A stretch of DNA of 64,000 nucleotides, from the NCBI GenBank assembly GCA_963693365.1, contig CAVNZM010000008.1, positions 3,315,572-3,379,571 of the forward strand, read 5' to 3'. The DNA is from Amoebidium appalachense (taxonomy: Eukaryota; Protista; Ichthyosporea). Positions within the stretch are counted from its first letter, which is position 1. The number at the start of each line of letters is the position of its first letter. The notes below the pieces were generated by a model that ran no database searches, was not told the DNA's origin, and saw only the letters and a list, made by a program, of their open reading frames with translations. Shown one piece after another: positions 1 through 8,496 of the stretch. Both the position numbers and the translations under genes were made by a program.

Positions 1-1
1 G

Positions 2-1157
2 GGCTTTGTGCTGTGCAGGGCCTGCAGCAGCAAGGAGGAGGCCCAGGCCACCTGCATGGACGAGGAGGGCAACCCCCGGGTGCGTGAGCATGTGCAATGC
101 ACACACACGGACGAGGAGAGGGCACTGGTCGGCACGTGGACGACGGAGGAGCTGAAGGTGGCCTGTACGTGATGGGTACACCATCCTCGATGTGTACGAT
201 GTGGTGCATTTCAAGAAACGCACCAAGAACCTGTTTCGGAAGTACGTGCAGACCTTCCTGAAGGTGAAGCTCACCAGCACCACCGTGGATCCTGCCGACA
301 TACCCGCCCTCGTGCACCTGTTCAAGGAGCACTACGGCATCACGGTGACGGCCGACGAGTTCAGCCCCAACCCTGCCCTTCGTACCATCAGCAAGCTGTT
401 TTTGAACAGCCTCTGGGGCAAGCTGGTGCAGAGGGCAGGGCTCGACACCATCGAGTTTGTCGACGATGTCGATCGGCTGAGTCTGCTGGTGACCAACCCC
501 AACATCTTGGTGCTGGACGTCGAGCCCATCGGCGAGCAGAGGGTGGCCATCAAGTACAGGCCCAAGAAGGAGACGGCCCCACCCCCCTCCTACGCGAACA
601 TCGCCATCGGCACGTTCGTGACGGCCCATGCACGGCTGCACCTCTATGGTGCCCTCCGGTCCCTCTCCCCCCAGCAGGTGGTGTACATGGACACGGACTC
701 CATCGTCTACCACTACGACAGCAGGGTGCCCCACCTCAGCCACAACATCGACTCCACCAACGGGGACTTGCTGGGCAACTGGAAGAACGAGACCACCGCC
801 CCCATCGTCGAGTTTGTTGGAGTGGCCCCCAAGACCTATGCCTACCGCACCCAGGACGGCAAGACCGACGTCAAGGTCAAGGGCATCACCCTCTCCCGTC
901 GTGCAGCCGACATGGTGAACCTCCCCAGCCTCCGTATGCTGGTGCACGGGGAGATGCCGAGTGTGAGTGTCACCAACCACCGGCTGCTGCGTGAGCCCGT
1001 GCCCGGGGTGCCCCACAACTACCACCTGGCCAGCAAGGACCAGAGGAAGACACAGTCGGAAGCCTTCGACAAGAGGGGGGTGTTTGAGGCAGCCGACGGC
1101 AGTGTACGCAGCTACCCCATTGGGTGGGCAGCACCGGAGGGGACTCTGCAGTTTTGA
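2..1157 (+). pseudogene. polB: Protein-primed family B DNA polymerase (Polinton-type), C-terminal part, with +1 frameshift at ~164
   Basis: Motifs KLFLNSLWGK, YMDTDS, PKTYAY and KVKGI in ORF 192-1157. Frame 2 from base 2 reads FVLCRAC...CTHTDEERALVGTWTTEELKVA and continues as VRDGYTILDVYDVVHF in frame 3 once the extra T at 164 is removed. Confidence 0.92.
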
Positions 1158-1664
1158 GTGGGGGAGGGCCCGGGAGGGGGAGGGAGGGGGAGGGAAGGGG
1201 AAGGGTTAGTTAGCATTTTAAGTTAAAGTATGCAATTTTTAAATCAAAGTTAAATCAAAGTATCAAAGTATGCAGGGAATACGTTAGGGTAGACATGAAA
1301 ATTATATGGGGTGTCTGTTAACTTAGCTTCAGAAAAAAGGAAAAATGGGGTGCAGTGTGCATGGGAAAGGGGGTCAGAAGAAAAACTTAAAGAAAAAGAC
1401 GGTGTTTTTGGGCATACACCACGTGCACCGTATGCATGAGGGGAAGCAGCAAATAAAATCAGAGTTTAATGCAAACACAAACCCTTCCAATGTGGCCTTG
1501 GGCAGAAGCATGAACACCAACAACAGCACCATACATGCATACAAGGGGGGAGACTTGCCAAAAAGAGCAGGCACCAGCACATATAAAAGGCACACACATG
1601 TGCAAAGATACCTCACTTTTTCCAACACGAAAACAGGCAACACACGAAAAAATCAAAATTAAAA

Positions 1665-2552
1665 ATGGATGAAGACACACTGCTAAGTATGGTGGCAGAC
1701 ACCACAGACCCCGAGAAGCTGCTAGACTTATGCCCCTTCCTCTTCGACATGTACTGTAGCCCGACCACACCCCCACCCCCACCCCCACTACAACCACCGA
1801 ATGCATGTTGGTGGGCATACTGCAACAGGGTGACGTGCACGGGGGGACACGACAACTACGGGCACGACGGTGGAGTCCAGGAGTACGTGTACGAGGAGGG
1901 GGGAGGGAAAGGGGGGGAGGAGGGGGAGGGAGAGGGGGAGGAGGACTGGGTGTACGACGGGAGGGGGTGGGAGGGGAGTGACGGTGAGGGGAGGAAGACC
2001 TATGAGGGGTGCACGGCCTTCTGGGACAGGAAGAGGTCACAGCCATACAGACACATCAACCACTTCAAGCAGCTACTTCAGTCGGTGCAGGGGTTGAATG
2101 CTTCCATGGGGGACATGCAGGAGGGGGTGGTGGCAGCATTCAGGGGTGTGGCACACATAGAGAATGCAGACCAGGCAAGGAGGGTGTTGAGACAGAACAA
2201 GCTTACAAAACACTACATGCGTGTACCTTATATATTAAACAGGCTGTACGGTCACCCCCTCCCTAGGTTCACGTGTGAACAGCTCGAGCTGTTGATGGGC
2301 ATGTTTAAGTTCTCCTTGTCGTGGCATAGGAGGCACAAGGAGGACACAAGGAAGAACTTTGTGGGGTACCCGTTCCTGCTGGTGAAAATGGTGGAATTAG
2401 TGGGTGGTATGGATGCTGAGGTGGTGGCTAGGCTGGTGCCGGCCGTCAAAAGCAAGGTGACTAGAGTCAAGAGTGACAAGGTGTGGGTGCAGCTGGAGAG
2501 GGACCTTAAAAACTACCACATGCTTGTGGAATACAACATGTTTTACCTGTAG
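1665..2552 (+). CDS. VLTF3-like late transcription factor (poxvirus A2L/NCLDV family)
   Basis: Motifs PYRHINHF...Q, LRQNKLTKHY, RKNFVGYPFLLVKMVEL and VKSK...DKVW match my recollection of the VLTF3 consensus (YxRxNHF; RKNFLxYxYxLxK; LKSxxKxxxxDxIW). N-terminal Cys cluster present. Confidence 0.85.
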   Translation: MDEDTLLSMVADTTDPEKLLDLCPFLFDMYCSPTTPPPPPPLQPPNACWWAYCNRVTCTGGHDNYGHDGGVQEYVYEEGGGKGGEEGEGEGEEDWVYDGRGWEGSDGEGRKTYEGCTAFWDRKRSQPYRHINHFKQLLQSVQGLNASMGDMQEGVVAAFRGVAHIENADQARRVLRQNKLTKHYMRVPYILNRLYGHPLPRFTCEQLELLMGMFKFSLSWHRRHKEDTRKNFVGYPFLLVKMVELVGGMDAEVVARLVPAVKSKVTRVKSDKVWVQLERDLKNYHMLVEYNMFYL

Positions 2553-2669
2553 CCTGGTGCTACTGTACCGTGACCTAAATACAAGACATGTGCACAATAT
2601 GTTAGGGGTAGCAGGTGGTGGTAGGGGGTGTGCCAGCACGTGCCCACACTACCGTCGACCCACTCAAGT

Positions 2670-2861
2670 TTATTTAAACACCACAGGTGCCGTGCGTATG
2701 GGACGGTTGGCGTTGATGCCGGACAACGGTACGGTGTAGGCCAACGGGCGTTCCCGGAAGTCACGTATGGTCGAGACGTCCATGACGTTTAAGCTGTTGT
2801 TCTGCTCCGGAAAAATGAACGGCTTCTTACGTATGGGGGGCCCGCCAATGTTGAGCTCCAT
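2670..2861 (-). CDS. Small viral hypothetical protein (63 aa)
   Basis: ATG in CAACATG context, co-oriented and packed with neighbouring viral ORFs. Confidence 0.5.
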   Translation of the reverse strand: MELNIGGPPIRKKPFIFPEQNNSLNVMDVSTIRDFRERPLAYTVPLSGINANRPIRTAPVVFK

Positions 2862-2900
2862 GTTGCAGAAGTAGGGTGTTTACACAACCACACACAATAT

Positions 2901-3137
2901 TTAATAGTTCTGGAAGGAGCTCTTGTCGGCAGCCACAGGCCAGGGTGTGTACGTGGCCGGCCTCGGCCTCATGGTCCCCCCTGGGCCCTCAATGACGGTG
3001 TTTCCCGGCCCGTAGAACGGTCGGGTTTGGGGTACAGGCCCGGGGGTCGGTCGGGTGCGGTAGGGGAGGGGTACGGGGAGGGGGGCAAGGGTGTGTGGCA
3101 ACGCATACATGCGCATGTGCTCCGTGCCGGGTGCCAT
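2901..3137 (-). CDS. Small Pro/Arg-rich viral hypothetical protein (78 aa)
   Basis: ATG start, packed head-to-tail in the minus-strand viral gene block. Confidence 0.5.
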   Translation of the reverse strand: MAPGTEHMRMYALPHTLAPLPVPLPYRTRPTPGPVPQTRPFYGPGNTVIEGPGGTMRPRPATYTPWPVAADKSSFQNY

Positions 3138-3153
3138 AATGGTGGTGGTGGTG

Positions 3154-5572
3154 TCACTGTTGCCTGTGGCGTAGATTATTTACCCTTCTTCTTGCCGCTG
3201 GTTTCTTCTTGGTGTCCTTCTTCTTCTTGGTGTCCTTCTTCTTGGTGTCCTCCTTCTTCTTGACGTCCTTCTTCTTGGTGTCCTTCTTCTTGGTGTCCTC
3301 CTTCTTCTTGGTGTCCTTCTTCTTGCCGTCCTTCTTCTTCGTACCCTTCTTCTTGGTGTCCTTCTTCTTCTTATCCTCCTCGGTGGTACCAGTGGTGTAG
3401 TCCAGTGCAAGCTGTGCCAGTCTCACAGTGTCCGGTTGAAAACCAAGGGCCCGGCCAACAGTCGGTAGGGCTGCCCTAACCAACGGAAGGGCTGCTCGGA
3501 CGTGTGGGTGCTGTGTGTGGTGTGGTAGGTCCCCCGACTTGTAGCCGTCATGACGCGTAGCCGGACTTGGTTCTGCAGAGGGGCCTGCAGGGGGAGGCTT
3601 TCTCCCGGACCTACGGCCACCCGAAGGGTCGTGCTCTATAGCTAGAGGGGTGGAGGAGGCCGGTGGAGTCGACTTGTGCTGCTGCACGTAGTACTCCAGC
3701 AAGTGCTTTCCGACGTTTTTCACCTCGGTGATAAGGCCCTGGTCACCCAACACAGCTTCCTGCAGGCTGCCCCCTCCGACCACACTAGCCAGCCTCTCCC
3801 CACCCGCTGAAAGTGCTTCAACGCCACGTTTCAACACCGATTTCATATAGGGTGTCAAGGCCGGGTTGTCAAACACTGAGTTTTGCTCGTACATCCGTCT
3901 CTCATACTCCTCCAGGCTCTCACCGTGCATCCGTTTGAGTGGCCCCAGCAACGCGTTCATACCGGAGGAACCCTTGTCGGTACGGGTCACCGGTACGGGC
4001 TCATAGGTCCCCTCATCGGGTGGGGTAGCAGACGTGGGACCCTCGAGTCCCCCTTGCAGAGTGGTTGACGGTGCAGCCGGGCTCGTGGGGGGTCTCCAGA
4101 GTGCAGGTGTCGTCCCTCCCCCCTTCATGGTGACCGACTTTTTAGTCGTTGGGTAGTAGGTGGCAGCAAGGGAGGGGTGAACCGTCGGAGTCTCGGTTAG
4201 GAATGCCAGTGGTGGTGATGCACTTAGAACACGGCCAAACTCCCTCCCGGCAGCCCTTGCAGCCCTCGCCTGGTTGCCCTTGTCCCCGAGACCCCAGAGG
4301 ATCCACTTGACAAGAGCGAGGCCACCTATCTGTGCCACCCTCCACCAATTCGGGTGGTTCAACATGAGCCACCTCTCCAGCTCCGAGAGGGGGGCCCAAA
4401 AGGAGTCGTCCTCAATAGTGGCAACGGCAGCAGTGGTGGCTTCGGCTAGCTGAGTCTCGGTCGGTGTTGCAGAAGTTGCCGTGCTGGTTGGTGCCATGGC
4501 CGGCAGGTGGGGTGCTGCAGGGGTCGTGGGCAGTGGGCCGGGGTGCCAGTTGGGGGGTGGATACGGGAGGGGTGGCCCGTCGGGCTTGGCAGGCAGGTGG
4601 GGTGCTGCAGGGGTCGTGGGCAGTGGGCCGGGGTGCCAGTTGGGGGGTGGGTACGGGAGGGGTGGCCCGTCGGGCTTGGCAGGCAGGTGGGGTGCTGCAG
4701 GGGTCGTGGGCAGTGGGCCGGGGTGCCAGTTGGGGGGTGGGTACGGGAGGGGTGGCCCGTCGGGCTTGGCAGGCAGGTGGGGTGCTGCAGGGGTCGTGGG
4801 CAGTGGGCCGGGGTGCCAGTTGGGGGGTGGGTACGGGAGGGGTGGCCCGTCGGGCTTGGCAGGCAGGTGGGGTGCTGCAGGGGTCGTGGGCAGTGGGCCG
4901 GGGTGCCAGTTGGGGGGTGGGTACGGGAGGGGTGTACGGGTGGGTTTGGGTCCCTTCTGCCCTAGGAAACCCGACGGTCGGGGAGTCGTGGTCGAGCCGC
5001 CCGTGTGGGGTGTCAGCGGTCCCTTGGAGACACGGGCAGGGGGACGTATGGCAGACGTTGGCCGTGGTGGTGGTGGTCCAGGGTGCCAGCCCGGGGGTGG
5101 GTAGGGTATGGGAGGGTCAGCTGACTTGGTTGGGTGGTCGGACGGAGTGGGGGAGGGGAGGGGTGCCAGTGGGGTCACGTCAGGCACGGGGGGAGGGGGT
5201 GGTCGGGGTCTGGTCCACACGTACGAGCTACCGTACTTGTCCTTGAGGTGGGAGTAGTAGTCCATGTAGTCTAGGTCCACCTTAACCACCTCCGGCGGAT
5301 GCCCACCCCACAAAGACCCATGGTCAGGGTCCATGTACTTGAGCCTGAGGAAGGCCTCGGGACCCTCCCTAATGAGCTTACGGTATTCATCCGGGTGCAA
5401 CCGCTGCTGCAAAGACCCAAACAAACCGACAGGGAGCTCACGCCACGTTTCCCCCGGCGACCTCGTGTGGGTGCTTGTAGTTGACACGGTAATAGCCCAC
5501 ACGTAGTATCCGACCCAAATGCTTGTCCAAGTCATCAGCGTGCCCATGAGGCTGCTGCACGTTGGGGGACAT
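3154..5572 (-). CDS. Large Pro-rich repeat protein with Lys-rich C-terminal tail (possible virion core/DNA-binding protein); probable frameshift at 5451-5455
   Basis: Long open frame 3154-5670. A better start is CCACC-ATG at 5572 (MSPNVQQPHGHADD...HEVAG), which joins the long frame (GETWREL) if one G of the G5 run is removed. Contains 30-aa repeats and a (KKKDT)n tail. Confidence 0.65.
3209..3370 (-). repeat. Coding minisatellite encoding (KKKDT/KKKEDT)n
   Basis: 15/18-bp units of type GGTGTCCTTCTTCTT on the + strand. Confidence 0.9.
4502..4933 (-). repeat. 90-bp coding tandem repeat, ~4.8 near-identical copies (PLPYPPPNWHPGPLPTTPAAPHLPAKPDGP)
   Basis: Units start at 4502, 4592, 4682, 4772 and 4862. 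Confidence 0.97.
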
Positions 5573-5605
5573 GGTGGACACGGTATTGTTGTAAACTGGT
5601 GTTTA

Positions 5606-6025
5606 TTATTTGGAGAACCCGGCATACTGTGCCATGGGTTGCCTGGTAAAGCTGTTCTGGGGGTCACCACTACGGCCCACCCTCACGGGTGCAAAGTCCA
5701 GGTAGTAGGTCTGGTTGTTGAACGGGAGACCCCTGCTACCCAGACCACTCCTGCCCGGCATGGAGGGTAGGTGGTTGTCGGCGGGCAGGTTGCCGAAAGT
5801 CGGCAGCTCACGGAACGGCACACCGTACACCCCGGCCTGGAAGGTGCCGTCCGTGTGAGGTACACGGTAGGGGGCAACATAGTCTGCCTCGTACTCGGCC
5901 TGTGGAGCCACCTTGTAGCCGTACACGGCTGCCTGGGTTGGTGTAGGTGCCCACGGTACAACGGCAGTGTCGGTAACATGGCTAGGTGTAGGTGCCCACG
6001 GTACAATAGCAGTGTCGGTAGCCAT
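5606..6025 (-). CDS. Viral hypothetical protein (139 aa) with duplicated N-terminal DTAxVPWAPTP motif
   Basis: ATG preceded by TATAAAAACAAAC; lies directly downstream of the MCP stop codon. Confidence 0.6.
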   Translation of the reverse strand: MATDTAIVPWAPTPSHVTDTAVVPWAPTPTQAAVYGYKVAPQAEYEADYVAPYRVPHTDGTFQAGVYGVPFRELPTFGNLPADNHLPSMPGRSGLGSRGLPFNNQTYYLDFAPVRVGRSGDPQNSFTRQPMAQYAGFSK

Positions 6026-6073
6026 GTTTGCCGTGTGTGTTTGTTTTTATATAGCCAGACACAATTTAGCACT

Positions 6074-6257
6074 CTAGGCCTCCACCGTCACCTCACGGGC
6101 ACCAGACAGCACAAGCACGTTTTCATGGTGCACAAACGTGTCAAGGGTCAGGTCGTCGTACTCGTTGGCTCTGGAGGTACCGCTGGTGAACTTCTCCGTG
6201 TTGAGGTGCAGCAGAATGGGGGTAGCATCGCAGCTGGTGTCGAGGCCAGAGTACAGG
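6074..6257 (-). pseudogene. Major capsid protein, 3' fragment separated by the LTR retrotransposon
   Basis: Removing the element and one ACAGG gives ...LDLERDRDL-YSGLDTSCDATPILLHLNTE...LDTFVHHENVLVLSGAREVTVEA* with TAG at 6074-6076. The SGLDT motif and terminal beta-strands are typical of Polinton/PLV MCP C-termini. Confidence 0.9.
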
Positions 6258-7034
6258 TGTTATGTCTCCGCGGCGAGCATTCGTGTCAATCGATCGATTC
6301 AGATCTATTCAGATCTATTTGCTTTATTTACAATTCGTCGGTGCCGGCTCATCCAGTCAGATGTCGGCGTTTGCTGATGAATGAGCCAATCATAAATGTT
6401 ATATCTGCTTTTCCAATCGGATGATCAAATACAATTACATATGTTCGGTTACTTGGAAACGAACTACAGTGAGACTCGCGTGAGTGGACACTTATGGCCT
6501 CTTCTGTGTTGATTGGAACACGTAAATGCTGCGGCCATAGAGAACGAATAACTAACAAGCAGGTTGTGAGTGATTGGGGAGTCTCATATTCGACCAGTCA
6601 TGTTGAGGGCATCCCGGTAAAGTCCAGCTGCAATGAGTGGTCGTTGTAAACCTGCAGTTACACATGTGAGAGAGACAGCACTCCGAAAGGTAACTGGTAA
6701 CCAAAGTCACAAACAGGAAAAGTACTGGTACCTGTTTATTTGGAGTATATTTCGGGGCTGTGTAAGTCATAAGTCATGCAGCAGTAAAGATTATATATGA
6801 GTGTTAGAACCGGCAAGAGACCAAGTAGTCACACACAGTAATTACTAGCCCTGTACTAATCTGTAATATGATTGGTCGGCTAGGGAGTTGTGTAATTGGT
6901 CAAGTAATCTTGTCCGGGTCGACCATCCGTATATAAACGCACGCATCGATCCTCTGAAATCCAGTTCAGAGTGAACCCCGTTTACACTCATACACATACA
7001 TTTTACACTGAAGTGTCCGTGAGGATACTTTACA
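6258..7034 (+). repeat. 5' LTR (777 bp)
   Basis: Starts TGTTATG, ends TTTACA; no differences from 13334-14110 found by eye. TATATAAA near 6929 and several ATTGG/CCAAT boxes. Confidence 0.97.
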
Positions 7035-7098
7035 AGCTACACCAATCCAATTGCTATATTGCAAAACTTCCGTCTCGGCTGTTGCTTTCGCCCCCAAC

Positions 7099-8496
7099 AT
7101 GGAGCCTGAACCCCCCTTTTCGCCGGTCGCCGGGCTGAGTGCAACCTTCGCCCAGGCTCTTGTTTTTGGCCCCCTCGGCAAGCTCAAGGATGCCACCGTC
7201 AGCAAGTTCACCCAGTGGCGCGGCCAAGTTATGGATCCGCAGGATGAGATAGACCCAGAGTTTCTCGACGCTCTGCCCCCCTGTGTGATGGAGTGGCAAG
7301 ACCCTATTGTGATGGATGAAGTGTTCTACGACGCTCCTGCGGCCAGGGCTTCTCAGGTTCCTGAAGTGTGTGCTGCTGCTGCAGCTATGATGGAGAAGCT
7401 CAAGCTTCCTCAACTCTCCAAGGCTGATAACGTGTTTGAATGGTACCGTCTCATCGATCGCATCGCCAAGCTGTCCCCCGACACTTCCCTGGCCCAGTGG
7501 CAAGTCATGATTCTGCAGAGTGTGAACCGGGCAAGTGGTGATCCTCGTGTGTTGGAGATGGCTACCCTCCTTGACGACTACATGGACCCTGAAAACGACA
7601 AGAAGACGGTGCCGGTTCGTGCCCTCAGCATTGACGGAGAGGAGCGTTCGGAGGCCTCTCTCTTTCACCTGGCTTCTCGGACACCACTGAAGACGACTCG
7701 CCCTATGCACAAGGGCAAGGGTGAGATTCTGCAGGTCGAAGTCGAACTGACGGCGTCTGAGTGGCTGCTGCGTTTCATCGAGAACTACTGGCTGACCAAC
7801 ATTCGGCGTGAATCATATGAGACACAGATCCGGGCCCTCCGTTTCACTCCCACGTCGGATGCCACGGCTGCCAGTATTGGTGGCCAAGTGACGGCACATA
7901 CCAACACGTTTCGCCGTCTGCTGGAGTTAGCTGGTTTGAACACCGACGTCAGCGGTCAAATGCAACGTAGTTTATACAGGAATACGTTTGAGGCAGATGC
8001 GCAGTTGTGGGAAATAGCTCAGGCAAATAGCAGGCTCGATGAGGCTCAGTCAAAAATTATTAACAAGCTCGAGGGTCGTTTCGCTAGTCGGCAGGCGGCC
8101 AAGAAAGCGCAGGTCAATAGTGTTTCCACCCCAGGTAACAACTGTAGTGGTATTGGTGCTCCGGAGATTGCTGCCCTGCAGGCTCAGATAGCTAGCTTAT
8201 CGGCTCAGGTGGCTGCCTTCCAGGCTGTCGGTGGTAAGGCCAAAAATGACCGTCAACCCCGTCGCCCGGCTCCCTATCAGAAAAACGGCAAGCACGGTAG
8301 CCAACAGGGTAGTGAGAGACCAGTAGTGCCTATTTCAGATCGAGTTTGTTTTCATTGTACGGGGATAGGGCATCAGAAACGGGACTGTCCCAACCGAAAA
8401 TTGCCTAAGACTTTTCCCTCAGCCCCCGAAGGTATTAGGTGGAAAGACCATGCTCAGCAGGCGTCGGCTAAAATTTTGGCCGAGCGTCGGCGTTGA
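7099..8496 (+). CDS. gag: Gag
   Basis: CCHC zinc knuckle CFHCTGIGHQKRDC; first ATG in CAACATGG context; ends with TGA at 8494-8496. Confidence 0.9.
   Translation: MEPEPPFSPVAGLSATFAQALVFGPLGKLKDATVSKFTQWRGQVMDPQDEIDPEFLDALPPCVMEWQDPIVMDEVFYDAPAARASQVPEVCAAAAAMMEKLKLPQLSKADNVFEWYRLIDRIAKLSPDTSLAQWQVMILQSVNRASGDPRVLEMATLLDDYMDPENDKKTVPVRALSIDGEERSEASLFHLASRTPLKTTRPMHKGKGEILQVEVELTASEWLLRFIENYWLTNIRRESYETQIRALRFTPTSDATAASIGGQVTAHTNTFRRLLELAGLNTDVSGQMQRSLYRNTFEADAQLWEIAQANSRLDEAQSKIINKLEGRFASRQAAKKAQVNSVSTPGNNCSGIGAPEIAALQAQIASLSAQVAAFQAVGGKAKNDRQPRRPAPYQKNGKHGSQQGSERPVVPISDRVCFHCTGIGHQKRDCPNRKLPKTFPSAPEGIRWKDHAQQASAKILAERRR

Noticed and set aside
4502-4933. CRISPR-like array
   Set aside because: The repeats are contiguous 90-bp coding units with no unique spacers, in a eukaryotic viral context.
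5447-5456. G-GGA-AAC slippery heptamer (minus strand) as a programmed -1 frameshift
   Set aside because: It is correctly phased, but the long downstream ORF is in the +1 frame, not -1. A single-G insertion explains it better.
5771-6770. ORFs overlapping the LTR and the MCP antisense strand (also 13278-13846)
   Set aside because: Antisense shadows or chance ORFs duplicated with the LTR; no recognisable motifs.
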